From positions 753,424 to 777,423 of the forward strand of contig CP010425.1 in NCBI GenBank assembly GCA_000830295.1: a stretch of 24,000 nt of DNA. Direction: 5' to 3'. The DNA comes from an archaeon GW2011_AR15 (GTDB lineage: Archaea > Nanobdellota > Nanobdellia > Woesearchaeales > GW2011-AR15). Shown one piece after another: positions 1-7,787 of the stretch. Position numbers and translations under genes: made by a program. The notes beneath the pieces are model-generated. The model saw only the letters and a list, made by a program, of their open reading frames with translations. It did no database searches and was not told the DNA's origin. Position 1 is the stretch's first letter, and each line of letters starts with the position of its first letter.

Positions 1-363
1 CAGGAACAGGTTAATCACATATGTCCTGTTTAGCAGAGAGCCGTAATTTCCTGCAATGAAAACAAAAACCGGGAGAGGGGCTTCCATTATATTCAGCATG
101 GGCAGCACAGTCGTAATATAAGACAATAATATAAGCACAGCTCTCTGGTATTTTACATATTGCCTCTTAATCAGGTTGGAGAACCACCAGCCCATGGATA
201 CTGCAAAAGCCCCTATGAAGAGTCCTATTACTCCCTGGTTGACACCCAGCCACGCTGCACCGCCTGCAGCAGCTGCAGCCCCGATAGTACATAAAGGGCA
301 ATGGGCTCTGGCCTGTTGTACCATCAGGATGAATGCAGCCGGAAGGAGGATTTTTTGTTTCAT
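1..363 (-). CDS. Membrane protein, N-terminal 121 codons only (gene runs off the left edge); signal-like N-terminus followed by an HCPLC motif
   Basis: Absent from the ORF track because no stop lies in the window. Minus-strand ATG at 363..361, 1 nt after the stop of the 365..805 gene. Open to position 1: MKQKILLPAAFILMVQQARAHCPLCTIGAAAAAGGAAWLGVNQGVIGLFIGAFAVSMGWWFSNLIKRQYVKYQRAVLILLSYITTVLPMLNIMEAPLPVFVFIAGNYGSLLNRTYVINLFL. Several hydrophobic helices. The + strand ORFs 176..451 and 333..551 look like shadow ORFs. Confidence 0.5.
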   Translation of the reverse strand, partial: MKQKILLPAAFILMVQQARAHCPLCTIGAAAAAGGAAWLGVNQGVIGLFIGAFAVSMGWWFSNLIKRQYVKYQRAVLILLSYITTVLPMLNIMEAPLPVFVFIAGNYGSLLNRTYVINLFL

Positions 364-364
364 T

Positions 365-805
365 TTATATTGTCATGAATACCGAAGCCTGGCCGTCTTT
401 TATGGCATATATTGTCCAGATGGTATTTTTTGGACCAGGCATTCCGGGTGAGCCGGAAGGCATTCCAGGCAATGCAATCCCGTCAATATCAGGCCTTTCG
501 GCAAGAAGCTTTTCCACAGCCTCTGCAGGAACATGGCCTTCAACGAAATAGCCTTCTACAAAAGCAGTATGACAGCTGTACATGTTTCCGGGTATCCCAT
601 TTTCTGCCTTTATGGAATTTATATCGGCATTTTCAATTATCTTAATATTGTAATCATCGGCAATATAACCTGCCCAGCCTGTGCAGCATCCGCATGTTGG
701 AGATTTATAGATAATCATCTCCGGCTTATTGGCATTGCTAGAAGTGCATGCCGCTACTATAATGCTTAACAGCAATATTACTACGATGAATATTTTTTGT
801 TTCAT
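365..805 (-). CDS. DUF411 (CopG-like) metal-binding protein with lipoprotein-type signal peptide
   Basis: 146 aa. N-terminal MKQKIFIVVILLLSIIVAAC (lipobox-like). Family-typical motifs: YKSPTCGCCTGW, SCHTAFVEGYFVEGHVPAEAV, GIALPGMPSGSPGMPG. GAGGT Shine-Dalgarno-like sequence about 7 nt upstream of the ATG. Confidence 0.85.
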   Translation of the reverse strand: MKQKIFIVVILLLSIIVAACTSSNANKPEMIIYKSPTCGCCTGWAGYIADDYNIKIIENADINSIKAENGIPGNMYSCHTAFVEGYFVEGHVPAEAVEKLLAERPDIDGIALPGMPSGSPGMPGPKNTIWTIYAIKDGQASVFMTI

Positions 806-877
806 TCTTTTACCTCTCAGTTAATTTTAGTGCTGGAGAACATGAAACAGCATATATCAGTACTGATGAAACTAGTT

Positions 878-1354
878 TCATTTAAGAATAACTATATTTG
901 TCATGCCCCTTCTCTGACGACCAATTATATCCTTTGAGGCCATCCTGTCGAGAACTCTTGTGGTCTGCACTTTTGAGAGCCCGGTCTCCTTTACAACATC
1001 ACTCTGGTAGAGAGAACCATTGTTTTGTTTTAATAATTCATAAATCTGTCTTTCTTTTTCATCAAGCTTTGAGGTGTCTATCTTCTTAAACTCTTTTTCT
1101 CTATCTTTTTGGAATAGGAGATATATTCCGGCGCCCACCATCAGAAATACAATCCCAAATGAGAGGCTTAGCAGCCATGAGCTTATGCTTTTATGCGCAG
1201 GACAGTCTGCCATCTCAAGAGCCGGGTCTGCGCCGATTTCCTCGCAGAGAAAAACATCTTTTTTGTCTGTATCAATTTTCACTAATACCAGTATGATAAA
1301 TAATAGGAGCGATATGCCAATGATTATTTTTCCCAAATCTCTCTGAGATATCAT
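878..1354 (-). CDS. Membrane-anchored winged-helix (MarR/TrmB-like) DNA-binding protein
   Basis: 158 aa. Two predicted TM helices (IIIGISLLLFIILVLV; WLLSLSFGIVFLMVGAGIYLLF) flank a loop with Cys/Met/His (FLCEEIGADPALEMADCPAHKS). C-terminal wHTH-like segment: ERQIYELLKQNNGSLYQSDVVKETGLSKVQTTRVLDRMASKDIIGRQRRGMTNIVILK. Confidence 0.65.
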   Translation of the reverse strand: MISQRDLGKIIIGISLLLFIILVLVKIDTDKKDVFLCEEIGADPALEMADCPAHKSISSWLLSLSFGIVFLMVGAGIYLLFQKDREKEFKKIDTSKLDEKERQIYELLKQNNGSLYQSDVVKETGLSKVQTTRVLDRMASKDIIGRQRRGMTNIVILK

Positions 1355-1433
1355 ACTTGGCTAGAAGAACACTAGGATTATTTAAACGTTTTCATTGAAT
1401 TTTGAATAATGTATTGAAATCGCAATAAGTGGA

Positions 1434-1922
1434 TTATGGGATTAATATTTTTAAAATATTCTCTTTTAATTTTACACTCCTGACTTTTCCAATAGCTGTT
1501 TTCTCAATTATATTTTTGTTCTCCATCCTCTGCAACGCTCTGTAGGTCCTGACCTTGTTCATCCCGGGCAGTTTGGATATTTCTGCCTGTGTCGCGGAGC
1601 CCTTATTTTCAATAAGAAAATCAATGATTATCCTTTCTTCTCTGCTTAGGAAACCCATTAAAATATTTGTTACATCCTCTGTATCCCTTTTTTGTTTTTT
1701 AAACTCATCATAGTATAAATTTGACCAGAAAAAGCCAAAAGAAACCGAAATGAGGGTAAGGAGTATCATGATTGGAACATGGTTCTTAACTGCTATTGAT
1801 AACAGAGGATTATCAGATTCATGATGCTGGTAAGTGTAAGTCAGTATTGCTATCACCAGAACTACAATTATTAGCAAAGTTGAAATCCCAAACCCGATAT
1901 TCCTGTATCTTTTTATGTCCAC
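1434..1922 (-). CDS. Membrane-anchored winged-helix DNA-binding protein (same architecture as 878..1354)
   Basis: 162 aa with a GTG start in the track. Two TM helices flank a His-rich loop (YTYQHHESDNPLLSIAVKNHVP). C-terminal wHTH-like segment: EERIIIDFLIENKGSATQAEISKLPGMNKVRTYRALQRMENKNIIEKTAIGKVRSVKLKE. The exact start is uncertain. Confidence 0.6.
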   Translation of the reverse strand: MDIKRYRNIGFGISTLLIIVVLVIAILTYTYQHHESDNPLLSIAVKNHVPIMILLTLISVSFGFFWSNLYYDEFKKQKRDTEDVTNILMGFLSREERIIIDFLIENKGSATQAEISKLPGMNKVRTYRALQRMENKNIIEKTAIGKVRSVKLKENILKILIP

Positions 1923-1995
1923 CAGTGTGATTAATTATCCTCCATTTATTAAATCATCGCTTGGAATAACCTGTCTTTCCGTGGTTTCAAAACGA

Positions 1996-2002
1996 TTTAA
2001 AT
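1996..2002 (+). promoter_or_regulatory. TATA-box-like TTTAAAT upstream of the multicopper oxidase gene
   Basis: Same heptamer as upstream of the tRNA genes. 24 nt later lies a C/G (pyrimidine-purine) step at 2026/2027, implying a 36-nt leader containing AAGGAGA before the ATG at 2063. Confidence 0.4.
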
Positions 2003-2062
2003 ATGGTTTCAGATAATGAAATATACGGAATCCACTATATCCGAAAAGGAGATGAGTAGAAA

Positions 2063-3733
2063 ATGCTTAAAATCAGAAAACCGAATACATTGATATATAT
2101 TGTTTTGCTGGTTATCTTGAGCCTAGTTGCTTCAGCATGCACAAAACAGCAGGAAAATGAACTGGTATCAAACGGAATGGAAGGTATGCCGTGCCACAGA
2201 ATGCCGAACGGAGAGTTGATGGGAGATTGTGATGGAGTTGAAGAAACACAGGGAGAAGAAACAATGGGCATGATGTCCCAGCAGGCAACATTTAGAATAG
2301 GCTCTTCAGCTGATTCTTCTTCTCTTAAGGTGGCAAAACCAACATCAATACTTGACTTGGAAGACGGCGACGAAGTTGATATAACAGCAGAAATAGTACT
2401 TAAGGAAATAGATGGCCAGACCTTTAGGATGTATGCATACAACGGGAGGATACCAGGGATTGCACTGAGGGTGAAACAAAATTCGAAGATTACTGTAAAT
2501 TTTCATAATAAAATAGATCAGGAAACAACTATACACTGGCACGGTCTTAGGCATGATATTAAAGATGACGGCGTTCCAGGAATATCGCAGGATCCTGTAA
2601 AGCCAGGGGAATCTTATGTGTACAGTCTCTTTTTTCCTGATGAGGGAATCTATTGGTATCATCCTCATGTAAGAGAGGATATACAGCAGGAAGGGGGATT
2701 GGCAGGAAACATGCTTGTTGTTCCATCAGATCCGGATTATTGGAACCCTGTAAACAGAGAAGAATTATTGGTATTAGATGATTTGTTGATTAGAAATGGG
2801 GAATTAATGCCATTTGGCAAAGAATATGCAACACATTCCACAATGGGAAGATTTGGAAATGTTCTTTTGACTAACGGCGACACGAATTACTCTCTTTCAG
2901 CTAATGAAGGGGAGGTAATAAGGTTCTATATAACAAATGCGGCAAATGTCCGCCCGTTTAAATTATCATTTGGAGGAGCCAGAATGAAACTTGTGGGTTC
3001 AGATATGGGAAAATATGAGAGGGAAGAATTTGTTGAGGGAGTCATCATGGCTCCTGGAGAAAGATACATAGTTGAGGTATATTTTGACAAAGCAGGAAAA
3101 TACTATTTAGAGCATAATACCCCAGAAAAAAGATACATGCTTGGTGAAATTCAGGTTAGCGGGAGTAAAGCAAAGTTAGATTATTCTTCTTATTTTAATA
3201 ACCTGAAAACTAATGAAGACATTAGTGAAGAAATAGATGAGTTCCGGCAATATTTTGAAAAGCCTGTTGATTACAGTCTTGTGCTTGATATTGATATGCC
3301 AGGTATGCAGATGATGGGCGAAGCTGAAAATCATGAAAGCATTGAATGGGAAGACACAATGCAGCAGATGAATGAAATGATGGATTCCAGCGATATGACC
3401 TGGATACTAAAGGAGGAGAATACAGGAAAAGAGAATATGGACATATCAATGGATTCTAAAGTTGGCGATAAGGTAAAGATAAGGATATTCAATGACCCCG
3501 AATCCATGCATCCGATGCAACACCCCATCCATCTGCATGGCCAGAGGTTCCTCATCTTAAAGAAAAATGATGTTCCTGCAGATAATCTTGTATGGAAAGA
3601 TACAGTTCTTGTCGGGATAGGGGAGACAGTTGAGATATTAGTTGATGTTACTAATCCAGGGGAGTGGATGATGCATTGCCATATTGCAGAGCATCTTGAA
3701 GCAGGAATGATGGCAGAATTTAGTGTTGGATAG
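2063..3733 (+). CDS. Multicopper oxidase (laccase/CueO-like), lipoprotein-type signal
   Basis: 556 aa. All four copper-ligand motifs are present: TIHWHGLRH, WYHPH, HPIHLHGQ, HCHIAEHLEAGMM. N-terminal LSLVASAC lipobox-like signal. Met/His/Cys-rich segments occur near the N-terminus and between domains. Confidence 0.9.
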   Translation: MLKIRKPNTLIYIVLLVILSLVASACTKQQENELVSNGMEGMPCHRMPNGELMGDCDGVEETQGEETMGMMSQQATFRIGSSADSSSLKVAKPTSILDLEDGDEVDITAEIVLKEIDGQTFRMYAYNGRIPGIALRVKQNSKITVNFHNKIDQETTIHWHGLRHDIKDDGVPGISQDPVKPGESYVYSLFFPDEGIYWYHPHVREDIQQEGGLAGNMLVVPSDPDYWNPVNREELLVLDDLLIRNGELMPFGKEYATHSTMGRFGNVLLTNGDTNYSLSANEGEVIRFYITNAANVRPFKLSFGGARMKLVGSDMGKYEREEFVEGVIMAPGERYIVEVYFDKAGKYYLEHNTPEKRYMLGEIQVSGSKAKLDYSSYFNNLKTNEDISEEIDEFRQYFEKPVDYSLVLDIDMPGMQMMGEAENHESIEWEDTMQQMNEMMDSSDMTWILKEENTGKENMDISMDSKVGDKVKIRIFNDPESMHPMQHPIHLHGQRFLILKKNDVPADNLVWKDTVLVGIGETVEILVDVTNPGEWMMHCHIAEHLEAGMMAEFSVG

Positions 3734-4076
3734 AAAGAGTATTTGACGCTATAACATGGCACACACACTCTTTGCCATGGCATTTATCAGGGATTACAAG
3801 AGTATTGGTGATACTCCAGTCTTTTACTCTATGCAGTATTACCTTTAGCTCTCTTCCTGAATTTGTGAGATGATAATAATCATCCTGCTTCCTGACTATG
3901 CCGAATTCCTGCATCTTTTTCAGCCTCTCGGACAGCAGGGTCTGGTTTATCTTTTTTCCCATGAGATTATGCAGCTCATTGAAGCTTTTGCCGTTCTCAT
4001 CAATATTTGAGAACACCATGAATGCCCATTTTTTCCCGAGGAAATCAAACAGTTCAATAAGGTCGCAATGCTCCAT
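3720..4076 (-). CDS. HxlR-family winged-helix transcriptional regulator with Cys/His-rich C-terminal tail
   Basis: 118 aa. HxlR-type core: FLGKKWAFMVFSNI...FNELHNLMGKKINQTLLSERLKKMQEFGIVRK. Tail: IPDKCHGKECVCHV. The 3' end overlaps the convergent oxidase gene by 14 nt. Confidence 0.8.
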   Translation of the reverse strand: MEHCDLIELFDFLGKKWAFMVFSNIDENGKSFNELHNLMGKKINQTLLSERLKKMQEFGIVRKQDDYYHLTNSGRELKVILHRVKDWSITNTLVIPDKCHGKECVCHVIASNTLSIQH

Positions 4077-4133
4077 AACTACAGAAATGTGTAGTGAATA
4101 TTTAAATATGTTTATGGCTTAGACAAATAGAAC

Positions 4134-4646
4134 ATGGACAAACATCAGTATGTATGGGCACTTCTTAGAATATCTCTCGGACTAATCTTCCTCTGGGCAT
4201 TCTTTGATAAGACATTTGGGCTGGGATTTACAACATGCAGCACAGAGACCGGCATACAGGTCATGTGCGACAGTGCCTGGCTGAACGGAGGCAGCCCGAC
4301 AGCGGGTTTCCTTAAATTCGCCACAGCAGGGCCGCTTGCAGCATTTTACCAAAGCATTGCAGGCAGTGCTTTTGTTGAGTGGCTTTTCATGTTAGGTTTA
4401 TTCGGTATAGGATTTTCCTTGGTATCAGGGATGGGAGTCAAACTAGCTGGCTATTTCGGTGCTCTACTGATGGTCCTCATGTGGTCAGCTACCCTCCCCC
4501 CTGAACACCATCCTTTCCTTGATGAGCATATAATTTATGCTCTTGTGCTTTTAGGCCTCGCTTTTGCAAAAGCAGGCCGTTTCTGGGGCTTAGGCAGATG
4601 GTGGTCCAAAACAAAAATTGTAAAAAAATACCCTGTTTTGGAATAG
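4134..4646 (+). CDS. DoxX-family membrane protein
   Basis: 170 aa, four hydrophobic helices. N-terminal ALLRISLGLIFLWAFFDKTFGLGF is typical of DoxX/DoxD-like proteins. Divergently paired with an HxlR regulator, a recurrent pairing. Confidence 0.7.
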   Translation: MDKHQYVWALLRISLGLIFLWAFFDKTFGLGFTTCSTETGIQVMCDSAWLNGGSPTAGFLKFATAGPLAAFYQSIAGSAFVEWLFMLGLFGIGFSLVSGMGVKLAGYFGALLMVLMWSATLPPEHHPFLDEHIIYALVLLGLAFAKAGRFWGLGRWWSKTKIVKKYPVLE

Positions 4647-4676
4647 ATTAAAAATAGAGACGTATTTTGATTTCGT

Positions 4677-5690
4677 ATGGATATAGCCTTTTTTGAACTA
4701 GAGAACTGGCAGAAACAGGAAATAAAGCAGAAGCTGAAAAACCACAGGCTGGCTTTTTTTGACAGCCCTCTCAAAGAAGAGCATATCAGTAAGATAAAAG
4801 ATACGCAGGTTCTCGGGATTTTCATATACTCAAAGATTACAGCAGATATAATAGACCGGCTGCCGAAGCTCAGGCTTATTGCCACAATGTCTACTGGCTT
4901 TGACCATATTGATATTGAATACTGCAAAAGGAAAAACATAGCAGTATGCAATGTGCCGACTTACGGGGAGAATACAGTTGCAGAGCATACTTTTGCGCTT
5001 ATACTTGCACTGTCAAGGAAATTATACCCTTCAGTTAAGAGGACTAGGGAGAACCATCTCTTTGAGACTGATATCTCACTCAGGGGGTTTGACCTCAAGG
5101 GAAGGACAATAGGCCTTATAGGCTGCGGCAATATAGGAAAACATGTTGCCAGGATGGCAGCAGGGTTTGAGATGGACATACTTGTCTATGATATCTATAA
5201 GGATGAGAAACTTGCCAGAAAAATAGGTTTCAGATATGCAGAGTTTGATGACCTTCTCACTGAATCTGACGTAATAAGCCTCCATGTGCCTTATAACAGC
5301 AAGACGCACCATCTTATTAATGAGGAGACAATAGGCAGGATGAAAAAGGGGGCCCATATAATCAACACTTCAAGAGGCGCAGTGATTGACACAAAGGCCC
5401 TTGTGAGAGGTCTGGAGTCAGGAAAAATTGCAGGGGTAGGAATAGATGTGCTTGAGGGAGAGGGGGAAATAAAGGAAGAGATGGCTGTCCTCAAGGATGA
5501 ATTCAAATCCAGTTCAGACCTCCAGACAGTACTTGCCAATCATGTGCTCATGAAAATGGATAATGTCTTAATCACGCCTCACAACGCATTCAATTCAGCC
5601 GAGGCCCTGCAGAGGATACTGAATACGACAATAGAGAATATCTTTTCTTTTTCATCAGGAAAAAAAGAGAACCTTGTCTGGCAGCATTAA
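4677..5690 (+). CDS. D-isomer-specific 2-hydroxyacid dehydrogenase (D-lactate dehydrogenase-like), NAD-binding
   Basis: 337 aa. Rossmann motif GLIGCGNIGKHVARMA. Catalytic-triad context: NTSRG, DVLEGE, ITPHNAF. Confidence 0.85.
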   Translation: MDIAFFELENWQKQEIKQKLKNHRLAFFDSPLKEEHISKIKDTQVLGIFIYSKITADIIDRLPKLRLIATMSTGFDHIDIEYCKRKNIAVCNVPTYGENTVAEHTFALILALSRKLYPSVKRTRENHLFETDISLRGFDLKGRTIGLIGCGNIGKHVARMAAGFEMDILVYDIYKDEKLARKIGFRYAEFDDLLTESDVISLHVPYNSKTHHLINEETIGRMKKGAHIINTSRGAVIDTKALVRGLESGKIAGVGIDVLEGEGEIKEEMAVLKDEFKSSSDLQTVLANHVLMKMDNVLITPHNAFNSAEALQRILNTTIENIFSFSSGKKENLVWQH

Positions 5691-5722
5691 CATTAATAAA
5701 CTTCCTTCTAATCCCACATTTT

Positions 5723-6652
5723 ATGGAATTCTGCCCGGGATGCGGAAAAAAAAGCAAGGGAATATGCAGGGACTGCAGGCCACAGAAGGAGATTAAGGTT
5801 AGAGATATCAATATAAAATTCTGCAGCTCCTGCAAAAAATATTTTCACAGGAACAAGTGGACAGAGTATACTGACATTGAAGAGGTAGTAAAAAAAATAG
5901 CTTCTGAGAACATAAAAGAAGAGAATATTTCCATAAATCCCATACTTCCGGAAATCAGGATGAAGCCAGGCATTACAGAAGAGGCTTTCATTGAAATTGA
6001 GATAGATGGGGATATCTCCTATATCCCGGCGAACCTGGAAATGACCTACTGCGATAAATGCTCAAAAAAACAGGGTGAGTATTTTGAGGGGACATTGCAG
6101 CTGAGGAATGTTGATGAGGAGATGGTAGAATTTGCCCGCTCTTTTTTCAGGAAGAATAATGTCTTCATATCAAAGGAAAAGGAGCAGCCGAAGGGCATTG
6201 ACATGAATGTTACAGATAAAAAAAGGCTGCAGAATATAGGGCTCATGCTGCAGAGAAAATACGGCGGCTCAATAAAAGTCAGTCCGCATATACATACGCA
6301 GGACAGGCAGACCAGCAAGCAGGTCTACAGGGTGAACCTTCTTTATGAAGCTCCGGAGTTCAGGATCGGCCAGGTTATCAAGGTCGATAATAAGGTTCTG
6401 CTTGTAAAAAACATCTCCAAGACTGTTTCCGGTGTGGACCTGGCCACAGGGAGCAGAGCATCAGTTGATCTGAAGAAGAAGGAATACAAAATATTGCGGC
6501 CTTCTGAATCAAGAATCTCCAAAGTGCACCCGGGAATTGAGATTCTCGACCCTGAAACTTATCAGAGCGTACCCCTGAGAAATAAGAAAAAGGTGCAGAT
6601 TGGGGAGAAGGTAAATGTTGTCAGCGACAGAGGAGTCTATTATATTCTCTGA
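5723..6652 (+). CDS. NMD3-family protein (archaeal homologue of the 60S subunit adaptor)
   Basis: 309 aa. N-terminal paired CxxC zinc motifs (CPGCG...CRDCR...CSSCKKYFHRNKW, later CDKCSKK) in NMD3-like order and spacing. Called from motif recall only. Confidence 0.6.
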   Translation: MEFCPGCGKKSKGICRDCRPQKEIKVRDINIKFCSSCKKYFHRNKWTEYTDIEEVVKKIASENIKEENISINPILPEIRMKPGITEEAFIEIEIDGDISYIPANLEMTYCDKCSKKQGEYFEGTLQLRNVDEEMVEFARSFFRKNNVFISKEKEQPKGIDMNVTDKKRLQNIGLMLQRKYGGSIKVSPHIHTQDRQTSKQVYRVNLLYEAPEFRIGQVIKVDNKVLLVKNISKTVSGVDLATGSRASVDLKKKEYKILRPSESRISKVHPGIEILDPETYQSVPLRNKKKVQIGEKVNVVSDRGVYYIL

Positions 6653-6713
6653 TTTTTTGTAAGGATAAGCTTTTTATATACGCAGTTTAACTGAAGTATT
6701 TAGGGGGAGATAT

Positions 6714-7787
6714 TTGGGAAGAAACAGATATGGCTACTGTCTGATTGGATGCGAGGGCGGTAGATATCTTACTGAAAAAATTGATGCTGAGCTTAAAGGT
6801 TCTGAGGGATACAGAGGCATAATAAAGTCTGAATCAGTGAAATTCCATGATGGCGAGATTGAAGCCAGGATAATGGAGCATGTCAGGGGGAGCGACGTGT
6901 ATATTATCCAGCAGCTGTATTCTCCGACAACATCGGGCAGGAATCTTAATGATAATCTGTTTGAGCTGTGCTTAACAATACAGGCAGCAGGCAAAGCAGA
7001 TGCCCATAAAATAACCGCGGTTATACCGTATCATGCATACTCACGCGCTGACAGAAGGTCCGGAAAAGATGAAGGTATCCGAAAATCAATAGGCGCAAAG
7101 CTTGTGGCAGACGTCATTGTAGCTTCAGGGGCTGACAAAGTGATGAGTTTTGATATACATAATGAGAGTATAGAAGCATTCTACCCTAACAGGTTCCCTG
7201 TAGAAAATATATACCAGACAAACCTTTTCAATAATAAACTTAAAAATGATTTTCCGGAATACCTGGAAAATGCAGTCATGTTAGCCCTGGACCTAGGAGG
7301 CGCAAAAAGAGTCGCACGCCAAGCAAAGATTATGGGACTGCCTCTGGCAGTAGTGGAAAAAGGCAGGGATACTGTGTCAGGTGAGCTTAAAATCGAGGGG
7401 ATTATGGGTGATGTAAGAGGAAAATACTGCGTCTGCCTCGATGATATCGGGGGAACATTCGGAACATTTCAGGAAGGCGGGGGAGCAGCTATGGCCAGTG
7501 GGGCGCTTGGTATTATAGGGGGTGTATCATTCCCTCTTTTTGTCGGGCCCGCAATAGAAAGAATGGATAAAATGCATGAAGAAGGGGGGCTTATTGCGAT
7601 GCTGGGAACAGATGCAGTCTGGCATGGGGAGGAGTTTCTTGAAGAGCACCCATATTTTTCTTATATACCTCTTGCACCTACGCTTGCCAATACAATAAGA
7701 GCAATCCAGAGGGGGGAAGACTCACTGCACCAAGAACTTGATGTAAAGCCGCTGGAACAGAACGGATTAATACTTCCCAAGCCCTAA
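6714..7787 (+). CDS. prs: Ribose-phosphate pyrophosphokinase (PRPP synthetase)-like protein, divergent and long
   Basis: 357 aa. FHDGEIEARIMEHVRGSDVYIIQ and AVIPYHAYSRADRR match Prs N-domain motifs. LDDIGGTFGTF lies at the PRPP-loop position. TTG start preceded by GGGGGAG at 6702..6708. Confidence 0.65.
   Translation: MGRNRYGYCLIGCEGGRYLTEKIDAELKGSEGYRGIIKSESVKFHDGEIEARIMEHVRGSDVYIIQQLYSPTTSGRNLNDNLFELCLTIQAAGKADAHKITAVIPYHAYSRADRRSGKDEGIRKSIGAKLVADVIVASGADKVMSFDIHNESIEAFYPNRFPVENIYQTNLFNNKLKNDFPEYLENAVMLALDLGGAKRVARQAKIMGLPLAVVEKGRDTVSGELKIEGIMGDVRGKYCVCLDDIGGTFGTFQEGGGAAMASGALGIIGGVSFPLFVGPAIERMDKMHEEGGLIAMLGTDAVWHGEEFLEEHPYFSYIPLAPTLANTIRAIQRGEDSLHQELDVKPLEQNGLILPKP

Noticed and set aside
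176-551. + strand ORFs 176..451, 333..551 and 412..645
   Set aside because: They overlap the minus-strand edge ORF and the well-supported DUF411 gene. The Ala/Pro-rich translation is typical of a shadow frame.
1923-1954. Leaderless-mRNA reading of the 1434..1922 gene (TATA-like TTTAATAAAT then about 21-24 nt to the GTG), and the GGAGGA at 1934..1939 as its Shine-Dalgarno
   Set aside because: The two signals conflict: the box spacing would put the start site at or inside the GTG, while GGAGGA is 17 nt from it. The true start codon and promoter cannot be settled from sequence alone.
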